From the NCBI GenBank assembly GCA_013003115.1, contig JABDLF010000073.1, forward strand, positions 9,025 to 73,024: 64,000 bases of DNA, given 5' to 3'. Source of the DNA: Gammaproteobacteria bacterium. Its GTDB lineage: Bacteria; Pseudomonadota; Gammaproteobacteria; Steroidobacterales; JABDLF01. The notes under the pieces are model-generated. The model searched no databases. It had not been told where the DNA came from and was given only the letters and a program-made list of their open reading frames with translations. Of the stretch, positions 26,701 through 34,382 are shown piece by piece. Position 1 is the first letter of the stretch. Each line of letters opens with the position of its first letter. A program made the translations under genes and the position numbers.

Positions 26701-29441
26701 CGGAGGGCGAGCCACCGCCGCCGGCGCCAGCTTACCAGGCCCCCGGGTACGCAGGCACCGGAGAACCGCCTTCGGTTGACGAGAGTGATTCGTCAGCAGA
26801 CGTGGGCGAGCCTGACGAGCCGACACGGGTCTTCTCAACGTCGCTTGTTGATGAAAGCTTGTTTGCAGCAAAGACAGCCGGGACTCCCGCCGGTGCTGAG
26901 TTCACGGAGTCAGGCTACGACGCCGAAATCGCTGGCATATTTGCAGATGAAGCTTCAGAGCTGCTCGAGAGTGCGCAGTCGGATCTGCATGAGATCGAAG
27001 CCGGATCCGGCACCGAAGCAGCCCTGAGCGACCTGAAGCGGCAGCTGCATACGTTAAAAGGCGGTGCGCGCATGGCTGGCCTCGTGGCCATGGGTGATCT
27101 GAGTCATGAGCTTGAGTCCCTGCTGGATCGCGAAACAGGGGGCCACGCCGGGCCAGAAACGGCCCTGCTAAGCCTCGTGCAAAGCGGCCTCGACCGCTTG
27201 CACAAGATGCGCGAATGCATAAGCGACGGCGGCGTCGTAGAGGCTGATTTGCCTTTGCTCGAGAACATTCGACAATGGCGAGCGGCACCGGCTGAGGCGC
27301 CCGGCACTTCGGAATTGTATGAAAAAGACGACGTCGCGGAGCATGAGGCTTCTGCTGATTCCGTCGCTGTCGAAAACGACCCGGCAAGCGCTACGCAGGG
27401 ACAAACACAGGAAGAATCACAAGAAGAGTCACAGGAAGAATTACAGGAAGAAATTCAGGACAAAACTCAGGAGGAAAGCCAGGAGATCGGCCAGGATGGC
27501 AGCGCAGGGGTTCCGGCAGAGGGTCCGGCAGAGGCCGAACACCGGTTTTCCGAGCCTGTTATTGAACCCGTGCGCGCCGGATTTGCGGCGCCGGATGTCA
27601 TTGTGCCACCGGAGGTCAGCGTCGACAGACGCGAGCGCGCAAGAGTCGATGCGGATCTATTGCAAAGCCTGCTGGACAATGCAGGCGAAATTTCTATTTT
27701 CAGATCGCGGCTCGAACAACAGATCAATTCGGCTGGCTTCAACCTGACCGAGCTGTCTCAGACCGTGACGCGACTGCGTGACCAGCTGCGCAAGCTCGAA
27801 ATCGAAACCGAGGCCCAGATACGACACGGTCACGAGGCCGATACAGGCAGCACGCGCGATGAGTTTGACCCACTGGAACTCGATCGCTACTCGACCATCC
27901 AGCAGCTGTCACGAAGCCTCGCGGAAACCACGGGCGACCTGATGAGCATCCAGGAGCTGCTGGACAGCCTGGTCAAAGAATCCGACAACCTGCTGGTACA
28001 GCAGGGGCGCGTGACCACCGAATTGCAGCACGGTTTAATGCGCACGCGCATGGTGCCGTTCCAGAGCAGCGCCCAACGCCTGGGAAGGATCGTGCGCCAG
28101 ACCGCCAGCGGCGCGCATAAGCAGGCAGAGCTGCACATCGAGGGTGGCCAGGGCGAGATGGACCGGCAAATGCTGGACCGGCTGATGCCTGCGCTGGAGC
28201 ATATGCTGCGAAACGCTGTCATTCATGGAATCGAAAATGAAGACCTGCGTGCGCGGCGCGGCAAGCCGGATATTGGCCAGATAAGTATCAAGGTGCGGCG
28301 AGAGGGCGCCGAGACCATTGTTGAGTTGCGCGACGACGGTGGCGGACTCGATTTGCCGCGCCTGCGCCAGCTCGGCATTGCGGATGGGCTGATCAGCGAC
28401 GAAGCGGAATACAGCGATGAAGAGATCATGCAGCTTGTTTTCAGGCCGGGACTCTCTACCGCCGAGATTGTTACGCAGACGGCCGGACGTGGTGTCGGCA
28501 TGGATGTCGTCGCCAACGAAGTGCGCAAACTCGGGGGGTCCATCCACATTGAATCCGAAGCGGAGGTCGGTACCCGTTTTGTTATTCGTTTGCCGTTCAC
28601 CCTGGCAGTTAGCCAGGCGCTGCTTGTTACGACGGGAGACGAAACTTACGCGCTGCCGCTGACCACGGTCGAAGGCGTGACGCGCATTCCCCGCGCAGAC
28701 ATCGAGAAGCGAATGGCCGGCAAATCACCGACACTCGAATACGGCGGCCGCGAGTATCCCATGCAGTTCCTGGGCGCGCTGCTTGGCAATTCCGCAGTAC
28801 GAATAGTAGAAGATCATGTCTCCGTGCCGGTAGTGCTGGTGCGCGCGGGAGAGCAATCGGCGGCCCTGATTACCGACGACATGCTTGGCGGCCGGGAGAT
28901 CGTGGTGAAGTCAGTTGGTCCGCAGCTGTCGACGATCCGCGGCATCTCGGGAGCCACCATTCTCGGGGACGGTCGCACAATTCTTATCCTCGATCTGGGC
29001 GCATTGATCCGCGAAGGTGCAGCGGTCCCGGGAGTCAGCGTCGTCGAAGAGAGCGATCAGCGCACTTTTGTGCTGGTTGTCGACGATTCCATTACGGTCC
29101 GCCGCGTTACGCAGCGTCTGCTGGAACGCAATGGCATGCGTGTTCTTACCGCCAAAGACGGCGTGGATGCGGTTACGCTTTTGCAGGAACACAGGCCAGA
29201 TGTGATTTTGCTCGATATTGAAATGCCGCGCATGGACGGCTACGAGGTGGCCGCACAGGTGCGAGGTGACCCAAGGCTCCGCGACGTGCCGATAATCATG
29301 ATCACATCGCGAGTCGGGCTGAAACACCGCGCGCGGGCCATTGAATTAGGCGTTAATGATTATCTTGGTAAACCCTATCAGGAGAGCCAGCTTTTGGATG
29401 CGATAGAGCCCCTGGTATCGAAAAAGGCGGAAACCCGATGA
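23748..29441 (+). CDS. chpA: ChpA-type multi-Hpt CheA hybrid histidine kinase with a C-terminal receiver
   Basis: FimL/ChpA-like N-terminus (ILHQARGVLTVVEMYGAAQLAEEME). Hpt motifs FHTIKGSGRMVGA, VHTLHGSANMA and LHTLKGGARMAG. Kinase N-box HMLRNAVIHGIE, G1 DDGGGLD, G2 GRGVGMDVV. Then a CheW-like domain and a REC domain (VLVVDDS...ILLDIEMPRMDGY...LGKPY). Confidence 0.92.
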   Translation: MNPAQAVHSDMQKVALESMSDVGHELARAIDEARVKLETYLERRDNPDALTDCATILHQARGVLTVVEMYGAAQLAEEMERVCRCVLETPARPETDALEVLSRSLVQLPAYVERLLAGARDIPMVLLPLLNDLRTVRGAPLLNENTLFLQSLSRSSRPPEVLTRKADARPLIERCKDLRPRFQSALLGWITGNSAQDQVKLMLAICMEFEEAASNPAVHRLWRVVGALLEALRENGIEVGAAVKRLLGQVDRQIKRIIDEGEEKYAESAPDDLVNNMLYYIGRSRAGGRRVADVKRAFDLEKLLPAADEVNRERHSLAGPSPDLMRTVGSAIKDDLAQVKDGLDIFLRLGKQDSAELESQRDLLRKIGDTLGMLGLEHLRHGVEAQRARMGQLITGDSDSLEPVLMEIAGNLLRLEDRLDTELFELVDPTQEDALEDEGKEPDAEFRSVMVAVTVECLVNLAKVKEAIVNYVAHPGDRNMLEPVSAQMRGIRAAMLILEKERVSDLVERIGDYVQHHIRFAGRPATSAQVDRIADAIVSLEYYLETVRAGRADPWYMLDNAEACMKALRRADDLPEFASSEQETVSVTQLYEADSEIAHMSTTNVAFSPTRVVSPERKKFEVFVANERSDPEILEIFIEEAKEESASIAANMAKWQEQPADKQAIQDLRRSFHTIKGSGRMVGAQLLGEFAWSQENLLNRLIDGTVPLSDEVLHTLKAAGSAIPELIEQLEVGTDPDYDVDSLMETAWSLADAPASDSTETIVRPDEAQLGVAGGMARTGEQAPAAEAPTSNAIEMDVALLEIFSKETSSHLETLWEFIKRCEDRDPPFALTEEVRRAVHTLHGSANMASVEPVVAIAEPLDHFISEAYNTGQRIPASALGVLEDAAEAIRALLAMINQPGELPDNAQLLARVRALQSDALEVAVPTSGLEVGEFEIQSSEEEGDTIVTELVVADDAELFPDVDGHETGTEAETPTEATDSGDFTEGEPPPPAPAYQAPGYAGTGEPPSVDESDSSADVGEPDEPTRVFSTSLVDESLFAAKTAGTPAGAEFTESGYDAEIAGIFADEASELLESAQSDLHEIEAGSGTEAALSDLKRQLHTLKGGARMAGLVAMGDLSHELESLLDRETGGHAGPETALLSLVQSGLDRLHKMRECISDGGVVEADLPLLENIRQWRAAPAEAPGTSELYEKDDVAEHEASADSVAVENDPASATQGQTQEESQEESQEELQEEIQDKTQEESQEIGQDGSAGVPAEGPAEAEHRFSEPVIEPVRAGFAAPDVIVPPEVSVDRRERARVDADLLQSLLDNAGEISIFRSRLEQQINSAGFNLTELSQTVTRLRDQLRKLEIETEAQIRHGHEADTGSTRDEFDPLELDRYSTIQQLSRSLAETTGDLMSIQELLDSLVKESDNLLVQQGRVTTELQHGLMRTRMVPFQSSAQRLGRIVRQTASGAHKQAELHIEGGQGEMDRQMLDRLMPALEHMLRNAVIHGIENEDLRARRGKPDIGQISIKVRREGAETIVELRDDGGGLDLPRLRQLGIADGLISDEAEYSDEEIMQLVFRPGLSTAEIVTQTAGRGVGMDVVANEVRKLGGSIHIESEAEVGTRFVIRLPFTLAVSQALLVTTGDETYALPLTTVEGVTRIPRADIEKRMAGKSPTLEYGGREYPMQFLGALLGNSAVRIVEDHVSVPVVLVRAGEQSAALITDDMLGGREIVVKSVGPQLSTIRGISGATILGDGRTILILDLGALIREGAAVPGVSVVEESDQRTFVLVVDDSITVRRVTQRLLERNGMRVLTAKDGVDAVTLLQEHRPDVILLDIEMPRMDGYEVAAQVRGDPRLRDVPIIMITSRVGLKHRARAIELGVNDYLGKPYQESQLLDAIEPLVSKKAETR
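27405..27485 (+). repeat. in-frame 12-nt tandem repeat (about 6.75 units) inside chpA encoding x-Q-E-E
   Basis: acacaggaagaa/tcacaagaagag/tcacaggaagaa/ttacaggaagaa/attcaggacaaa/actcaggaggaa/agccaggag translates to TQEE SQEE SQEE LQEE IQDK TQEE SQE. Visibly A-rich against GC-rich flanks. Confidence 0.85.
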
Positions 29442-29923
29442 GCCAGGATGAGGCTGAAGATCTTTACAGCCTGCTGGCGCCCCTGGCTAACGGGCGGATG
29501 ATCGTCCCGCGCAGCTGTGTGGCAGAAATTATTGGCAGCAGCGGTATACATGAAGTTGCCGGCGCACCGGCGTGGCTGCTGGGCGTTGTGCGGTGGAAGG
29601 ATCGTGATTTGCCGGTGATTTCTCTGGAAGGTGCCTGTCATCGTGAGGTGCCGGAGGCGAGCCGTCGCAGTCGTATCGCTGTTTTCGCGGCGCTCACTGA
29701 TAAGGTTCCCGGTGGCTATCTCGGTATCCTGACGCAGGGTTTTCCGCAGCTGGTGCGCGTCAACCCGGACGTACTCCAGGTCGACAATGCGCCGCAGTAC
29801 TCCGAAGACGAGCCGGTGCTGTGCCAACTGCGCATGATGAATGAACGACCGGTAATTCCCGACCTCGAGCGTCTCGAAGAGATGACATCGGAGTATTTCG
29901 ACGCCCGGGCGACGCAATACTGA
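29438..29923 (+). CDS. chpC: CheW-like protein (ChpC-like)
   Basis: CheW-domain pattern LLAPLANGRMIVPRSCVAEII...APAWLLGVVRWKDRDLPVISLE...RIAVF. Its ATG overlaps the chpA stop (ATGA at 29438-29441). Confidence 0.72.
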   Translation: MSQDEAEDLYSLLAPLANGRMIVPRSCVAEIIGSSGIHEVAGAPAWLLGVVRWKDRDLPVISLEGACHREVPEASRRSRIAVFAALTDKVPGGYLGILTQGFPQLVRVNPDVLQVDNAPQYSEDEPVLCQLRMMNERPVIPDLERLEEMTSEYFDARATQY

Positions 29924-29945
29924 TCGCCGCGCGGCCTTTCGAGTT

Positions 29946-30695
29946 TCAACTGCTGCGCAGATCCCCCATCTGCCACTGCATCACGGACAACATGCTGATG
30001 GCGGCAGTTTCTGCCCGCAGCGTTCGCGGGCCGAGCAGCACCGGCCGGAAGTCGTTTTCTGTTGCCAACGCAATCTCCGCTTCTGTGAACCCGCCCTCCG
30101 GCCCGATAAGCAGCTGAATCCGCGTGACGGCTGTTTCGCGGTGTTCGAACGCGCGGCCGATGCCCGGATCCGCCAGCAATCTGAGCTCACCGGGTTCAGC
30201 TTTCACAATCCTGCGGAGCCAGTCCGCATAGGTGGTGACGGGGTGGATTACGGGCAGGCGATTGCGCCCGCACTGCTCGCATGCGCTGATTATTATTCGC
30301 CGCCAATGCTGCTGGCGTTTGGCTGCCCTCTCTCTGCCGAGCTGAACGATGCTACGCGTACTTTGAATCGGGACGATTTCGCTAACTCCCAATTCCGTCG
30401 CCTTCTGCACAATCAGATCCATGCGCTCCCCGCGCACCAGCGACATTGCAAGGGTGATCTTAAGCGTGCTCTCACGATCAATCATAGTGCCGCTGCCCAG
30501 GCGCAGATCGACCGTGTCTCCCGCGACGCGCTCTATGGTGGCCGGGTAAGCATTGCCCGTGCCATCAAATACGGTCAGCGTCTGCCCTGCTTTCATGCGC
30601 AGGACACGACATACGTGCTTTGCCTGCTGCCCGGCGAGTGTCACCAGGCCGGGGCCGGGCTGCGGCTGGTCGACGAAAATCCTGGTTTCACGCAT
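29946..30695 (-). CDS. rsmE: 16S rRNA (uracil1498-N3)-methyltransferase RsmE
   Basis: MRETRIFVDQPL...HVCRVLRMKAGQTLTVFDGTG, and C-terminal LLIGPEGGFTEAEI...LGPRTLRAETA. Start trimmed to the ATG at 30695, overlapping the argE stop by 8 nt. Confidence 0.88.
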   Translation of the reverse strand: MRETRIFVDQPQPGPGLVTLAGQQAKHVCRVLRMKAGQTLTVFDGTGNAYPATIERVAGDTVDLRLGSGTMIDRESTLKITLAMSLVRGERMDLIVQKATELGVSEIVPIQSTRSIVQLGRERAAKRQQHWRRIIISACEQCGRNRLPVIHPVTTYADWLRRIVKAEPGELRLLADPGIGRAFEHRETAVTRIQLLIGPEGGFTEAEIALATENDFRPVLLGPRTLRAETAAISMLSVMQWQMGDLRSS

Positions 30696-31857
30696 CGCTG
30701 TCACCCTCGACACACAGTCTCTGATACAAACCCCTGATATGGGACTGCATCGGTGTGATCGCCGCGAGCTCGAGATACTCGTTCGGCTGATGAGCGACCG
30801 CGATATCGCCAGGGCCCAGCACCACCGCTGTCATGCCCAGCTCGGCGAACAGGGGCGCCTCGGTTGCAAATGAGACAACCTCGGAATGACAGCCGGTCTG
30901 TGCCTCACAAGCCAGCAGAAAAGGGTCGTCTGCAGGCGTATCCATAGGTCCGACGCCGTCAAAAAGCGAAATGTATTCGACATCCAGTTCGCGGCCGGCG
31001 ATCGCGCCGTCGACGGCCCTGATGATTTCGCTGCGCGCTGCTTCAAGGTGCATGCCGGGGGTGAGCCGCATGTCGATATCCAGCTCGCAACGCGCGCAAA
31101 TTCGATTGGGATTGTCGCCACCGCTTATGCGCCCGAAATTCAAAGTCGGGGCGGGCACGGCAAAACGCGCATCGCTGTAGCGCCGGGCGAGGTCCTCGCG
31201 GAGGTCGCAAAGCGCATTGAGAACTGCCTGCATGCCATCAAGGGCGCTGCGTCCGAGGGCGGGATTGCTGGAGTGACCAGCACGACCATGCACGACGATG
31301 CGCAGCATAAAAATGCCCTTGTGAGCGCGAACGGGCACCAGTTTTGTTGGCTCGCCAATCAGGACATGCCGACCGGGTTGCTCTCCCTGTGCGACAAGTT
31401 CACGGGCGCCGGCCATACCGCTTTCCTCATCAGCCGTTGCGATTACGACAACGGGTTTTTTTTGCCGTGCCGGGCTGGTGTCGCGCAGCGCTTCGAGGAC
31501 GATGGCGAAAAAACCCTTCATGTCACAGCTTCCGAGGCCGTACAGCCTGCCGTCGTTTCGGCGTGCCCGGAAGGGATCTGCCGTCCAGCCGTCGATATCA
31601 TAAGGAACGGTATCCGTATGACCTGCGAGAACCAGCGCATCCGGGCCGGCACCGCGAGTAGCGATCACGTTGCACTTTTCAGCGTGTCCCGGTACCGCCT
31701 GCACATGCACATTGAAGTTCATGGCTTCCAGCCAGCCCGCCAGGTGATCGCTGACTGCCGCATTGCCTGTGTCGAGGTCAGGACGGACGCTGCTCACCGA
31801 AGGCGTCGCGATCAGGGTGTCGAGCATATGTTCCAGGTCTGGCAGCGCTTTGCTCAT
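30688..31857 (-). CDS. argE: acetylornithine deacetylase (M20 family)
   Basis: Collinear with E. coli ArgE as I recall it: LIATPSVSS, LAGHTDTVPYD, YGLGSCDMKGFFA, ATADEESGMAGAR, GEPT...VRAHKG, GHSS, LNFGRISGGDNPNRICARCELDIDMR, HQPNEYLE. Confidence 0.9.
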   Translation of the reverse strand: MSKALPDLEHMLDTLIATPSVSSVRPDLDTGNAAVSDHLAGWLEAMNFNVHVQAVPGHAEKCNVIATRGAGPDALVLAGHTDTVPYDIDGWTADPFRARRNDGRLYGLGSCDMKGFFAIVLEALRDTSPARQKKPVVVIATADEESGMAGARELVAQGEQPGRHVLIGEPTKLVPVRAHKGIFMLRIVVHGRAGHSSNPALGRSALDGMQAVLNALCDLREDLARRYSDARFAVPAPTLNFGRISGGDNPNRICARCELDIDMRLTPGMHLEAARSEIIRAVDGAIAGRELDVEYISLFDGVGPMDTPADDPFLLACEAQTGCHSEVVSFATEAPLFAELGMTAVVLGPGDIAVAHQPNEYLELAAITPMQSHIRGLYQRLCVEGDSDA

Positions 31858-31957
31858 GCCCGGATTCTCAAGGCCGCAGCCGTCTGGCGCAACAATGGCG
31901 CCAGCAGGCCAGCTGAGGATGGCTTAAACTAGTGCGGTAATTCGGACGGGATCGCAG

Positions 31958-32884
31958 ATGAATCTGATTGCCTTGTTCCTTGGGCTGGTGCTGGAGAAGC
32001 TGCTGACGCGCTGGCTGCATTTGCGCCAGCCGCACTGGTTTGATGGTTACTTTGACTGGTGCATGGGTCATTTCAATCGTCTCGACGGGGCGGTAGCAAT
32101 TATCGGCGCTGCGCTGGTTGCACTGTTGCCGGTATTGCCCGTGCTGGCAATCGCCTGGTCTTTCGACGAAGTACTGCTGGGCGTGCCCTACCTGGTTTTT
32201 GCCGCGCTGGTGCTGCTTTTTTCTCTGGGACCGCGGGATCTCGGTGATGACGTGGACGAGTATGCCAGCGCGCAGGACGCAGGAGACAGTGCGGCGGCGG
32301 ACGCGGCGGCCATTGAGCTTCTCGAACGACCGGTTCCCGATTCTCATCCGGACAGGATACATGCGCTGCGGCAATCAATTTTTGTGCAGGCAAACAACAG
32401 GCTGTTCGGCGTAATTTTCTGGTTTCTGCTGCTGGGTCCCGTTGGTGCCTGGCTTTTTCGGGTCACCGATCTGATGCGTAAACGCGCAGTGACCAGCAAT
32501 ATGCAGACGGCACCGGAAGTGCAGGTCGTTCAGCCATCTTTTGCGCGCGCGATACTGCGATGTCACGGCATACTCGCATGGCCGAGCGCCAGGCTTCTCG
32601 CACTGGGCTACGCCCTTGCCGGCAGCTTCGAAGACGCGGTTTCTGACTGGCGTGCCTACTACCAGGATACCGCCGAGCATTTCTTTGAGGTCAGCAACGA
32701 CGTCCTGGCCGCGGCCGGCTGCGGGGCCCAGGGCGTCACCCCGGCCGGTGAAGACCTCAGCGCTGACGGCGTCTGTGAGCTTGAGGCGGATGCCGCGCGT
32801 TCGGCCATGGGGCTCGTTGTGCGAACACTGCTTGTCTGGATTACCTTCATCGCCCTCGCGACGTTGCTCGGCTGGACCGTCTGA
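31958..32884 (+). CDS. AmpE-like inner-membrane protein
   Basis: N-terminus MNLIALFLGLVLEKLL..W...HWFDGYF and overall TM layout resemble E. coli AmpE, with FWFLLLGPVGAWLFR in the middle. No ampD is adjacent. Confidence 0.5.
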   Translation: MNLIALFLGLVLEKLLTRWLHLRQPHWFDGYFDWCMGHFNRLDGAVAIIGAALVALLPVLPVLAIAWSFDEVLLGVPYLVFAALVLLFSLGPRDLGDDVDEYASAQDAGDSAAADAAAIELLERPVPDSHPDRIHALRQSIFVQANNRLFGVIFWFLLLGPVGAWLFRVTDLMRKRAVTSNMQTAPEVQVVQPSFARAILRCHGILAWPSARLLALGYALAGSFEDAVSDWRAYYQDTAEHFFEVSNDVLAAAGCGAQGVTPAGEDLSADGVCELEADAARSAMGLVVRTLLVWITFIALATLLGWTV

Positions 32885-32895
32885 TCCGATTGCAG

Positions 32896-33879
32896 ATGTC
32901 GCTTTCGCCGACATTCATGCTGAGCGTTCTGGTCTGGGCGGCGCTGTCGACCGCATGTGGTCCCGCTCCCGCCCCTGACACTGAAGCGGATGCCAGTTCG
33001 CGGAGGGCCGGATCGCCACGCCTTGTCAGCCTTGCGCCGCACCTTACGGAGCTGGCCTTCGACGCCGGCGCGGGCGGGCAGTTGATTGGCGTTGTGGCAT
33101 ACAGCGATTATCCCCCGGCAGCACGAGACATCGCACGTATCGGTGATGCTTTTAATCTGGACTACGAGCGTATCGCCGAACTCAGTCCTGACGTCGTCCT
33201 GACGTGGGAAGGCGGGACGCCCCCGACAGCCCTTGAACGGCTTAAAAAAATGGGCTTTGAGGTTGTTCCCTTGAGCACGCTGCGACTGGACGACGTGGCA
33301 GAGGCCGTAATCCGGATCGGGCAGATTGCCGGTGACCCTGAGGCGGCGCTGGAGGCGGCTGCCGCATATCGCGCCGCGCTTGGAGAAGTGCGTCGCGTCT
33401 ACGGTGACAGGGAGCGAATCCGCGTCTTCTACCAGGTCTCGCTTGAACCGCTCTATACGCCGGGTGGCCCGCACTTCATTTCCGAGCTGATCGCGCTTTG
33501 CGGTGGCCTGAATATTTTCAGCGATCTCGATTTGCAGGCGGCCGCAGTCAGTCACGAGGCGGTACTGGCTCGCAATCCTCAGCTGATAATTGTTGGACAA
33601 CAGTGGCTATCGGAGACTATCGAACACTGGCGACGTTTTTCGTCCGCAAGCCCACGGGTAACCGGGATTGATGCCGACGTGGTGACGCGGCCGGGGTTAC
33701 GGCTCGCAAGGGGCGCGTCGGCGATCTGTGCAGAAATCGATTCGGTGCGCGCCGCGCGCGCCAAAAACGCCGAAGTGGCTAGCCCGTATTACGGCCGCGC
33801 TTCCACTGCACTTCCTGGCCGTGGCCCGCACGCGCCAGCACGCGTGCTGCCACGAAAAGCAGATCTGACAAGCGGTTGA
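32896..33879 (+). CDS. btuF: periplasmic cobalamin/siderophore-type substrate-binding protein (BtuF-like)
   Basis: PRLVSLAPHLTELAFDAGAGGQLIGV..YSDYP...DAFNLDYERIAELSPDVVL matches the BtuF/FhuD class III SBP pattern. Cobalamin genes are nearby. The 3' end overlaps the convergent adenosyltransferase gene by 101 nt. Confidence 0.68.
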   Translation: MSLSPTFMLSVLVWAALSTACGPAPAPDTEADASSRRAGSPRLVSLAPHLTELAFDAGAGGQLIGVVAYSDYPPAARDIARIGDAFNLDYERIAELSPDVVLTWEGGTPPTALERLKKMGFEVVPLSTLRLDDVAEAVIRIGQIAGDPEAALEAAAAYRAALGEVRRVYGDRERIRVFYQVSLEPLYTPGGPHFISELIALCGGLNIFSDLDLQAAAVSHEAVLARNPQLIIVGQQWLSETIEHWRRFSSASPRVTGIDADVVTRPGLRLARGASAICAEIDSVRAARAKNAEVASPYYGRASTALPGRGPHAPARVLPRKADLTSG

Positions 33880-34333
33880 GGTAACGTACTCCGACGGGGT
33901 TAACTTCTTCCTGTCGGGCAAGTGTCCACAGGCGACGTTCAGCGCGCCGGCAGATCGCACGTGCAAGGTGGCATTGCGCTGCGCTGCTGCTGCCGCCTGG
34001 CAAAATAAATTCCCTGAGCGGCGGCAACGCCTCATTGAGTTCGTCCAGCAGGGTTTCCAGGCGCGTTACGAAAGCCTCTTCAATGGCTTTGTGTCCAGGC
34101 AGGCATAGTTCTCCGCCGAGATCGAAAAGGTCATGCTGCACTTCGAGGAGCCCCGCCCTGATGTTGCCTGGCAGGTCGCTGCTGAGCAGTACGCCCACCG
34201 CGCTGTTGAGTTCGTCAACGGTGCCATAAGCCTCGACCCGCGCATGGTCCTTGGGAACCCGGGTACCGTCGCCCAGTCCGGTGCTGCCATCGTCACCGGT
34301 GCGCGTGTAAATCTTGCTAAGCCGATTGCCCAT
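33779..34333 (-). CDS. ATP:cob(I)alamin adenosyltransferase, PduO type
   Basis: IYTRTGDDGSTGL.....RVPKDHARVEAYGTVDELNSAVG ... ILPGGS ... HLARAICRRAER ... YLNRLSDLLFV. Confidence 0.92.
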   Translation of the reverse strand: MGNRLSKIYTRTGDDGSTGLGDGTRVPKDHARVEAYGTVDELNSAVGVLLSSDLPGNIRAGLLEVQHDLFDLGGELCLPGHKAIEEAFVTRLETLLDELNEALPPLREFILPGGSSSAAQCHLARAICRRAERRLWTLARQEEVNPVGVRYLNRLSDLLFVAARVLARAGHGQEVQWKRGRNTG

Positions 34334-34382
34334 GAATTCTCCCCTTTGAATCAGTCTGCCATACGGCCAGCGTTAGCAACAC

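Noticed and set aside
27405-27485. Possibility that the 12-nt tandem repeat is a CRISPR or mobile-element remnant
   Set aside because: The units are contiguous with no spacers, in frame, and inside a continuous 1897-codon ORF. This is a coding microsatellite-like repeat, not a CRISPR array.
29926-29935. Palindrome GCCGCGCGGC between convergent chpC and rsmE as a terminator
   Set aside because: The 10-nt perfect palindrome has no loop and no flanking U-tract, so it cannot be supported as an intrinsic terminator.
30886-31932. 348-aa ORF on the plus strand
   Set aside because: It is entirely antisense to argE, whose product is collinear with E. coli ArgE. The composition (Arg/Ala/His-rich, no motifs) indicates a shadow frame.
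31958-32884. Reading the AmpE-like ORF as cobalamin biosynthesis CobD/CbiB because of the B12 neighbourhood
   Set aside because: The N-terminal motif and helix layout match AmpE as I remember it better than CbiB. I cannot distinguish the related families without an HMM, so it is kept as AmpE-like at low confidence.
32659-33600. 313-aa ORF on the minus strand
   Set aside because: It is antisense to the AmpE-like 3' end and the btuF-like gene. It shows no motifs and no RBS, so it is a shadow ORF.
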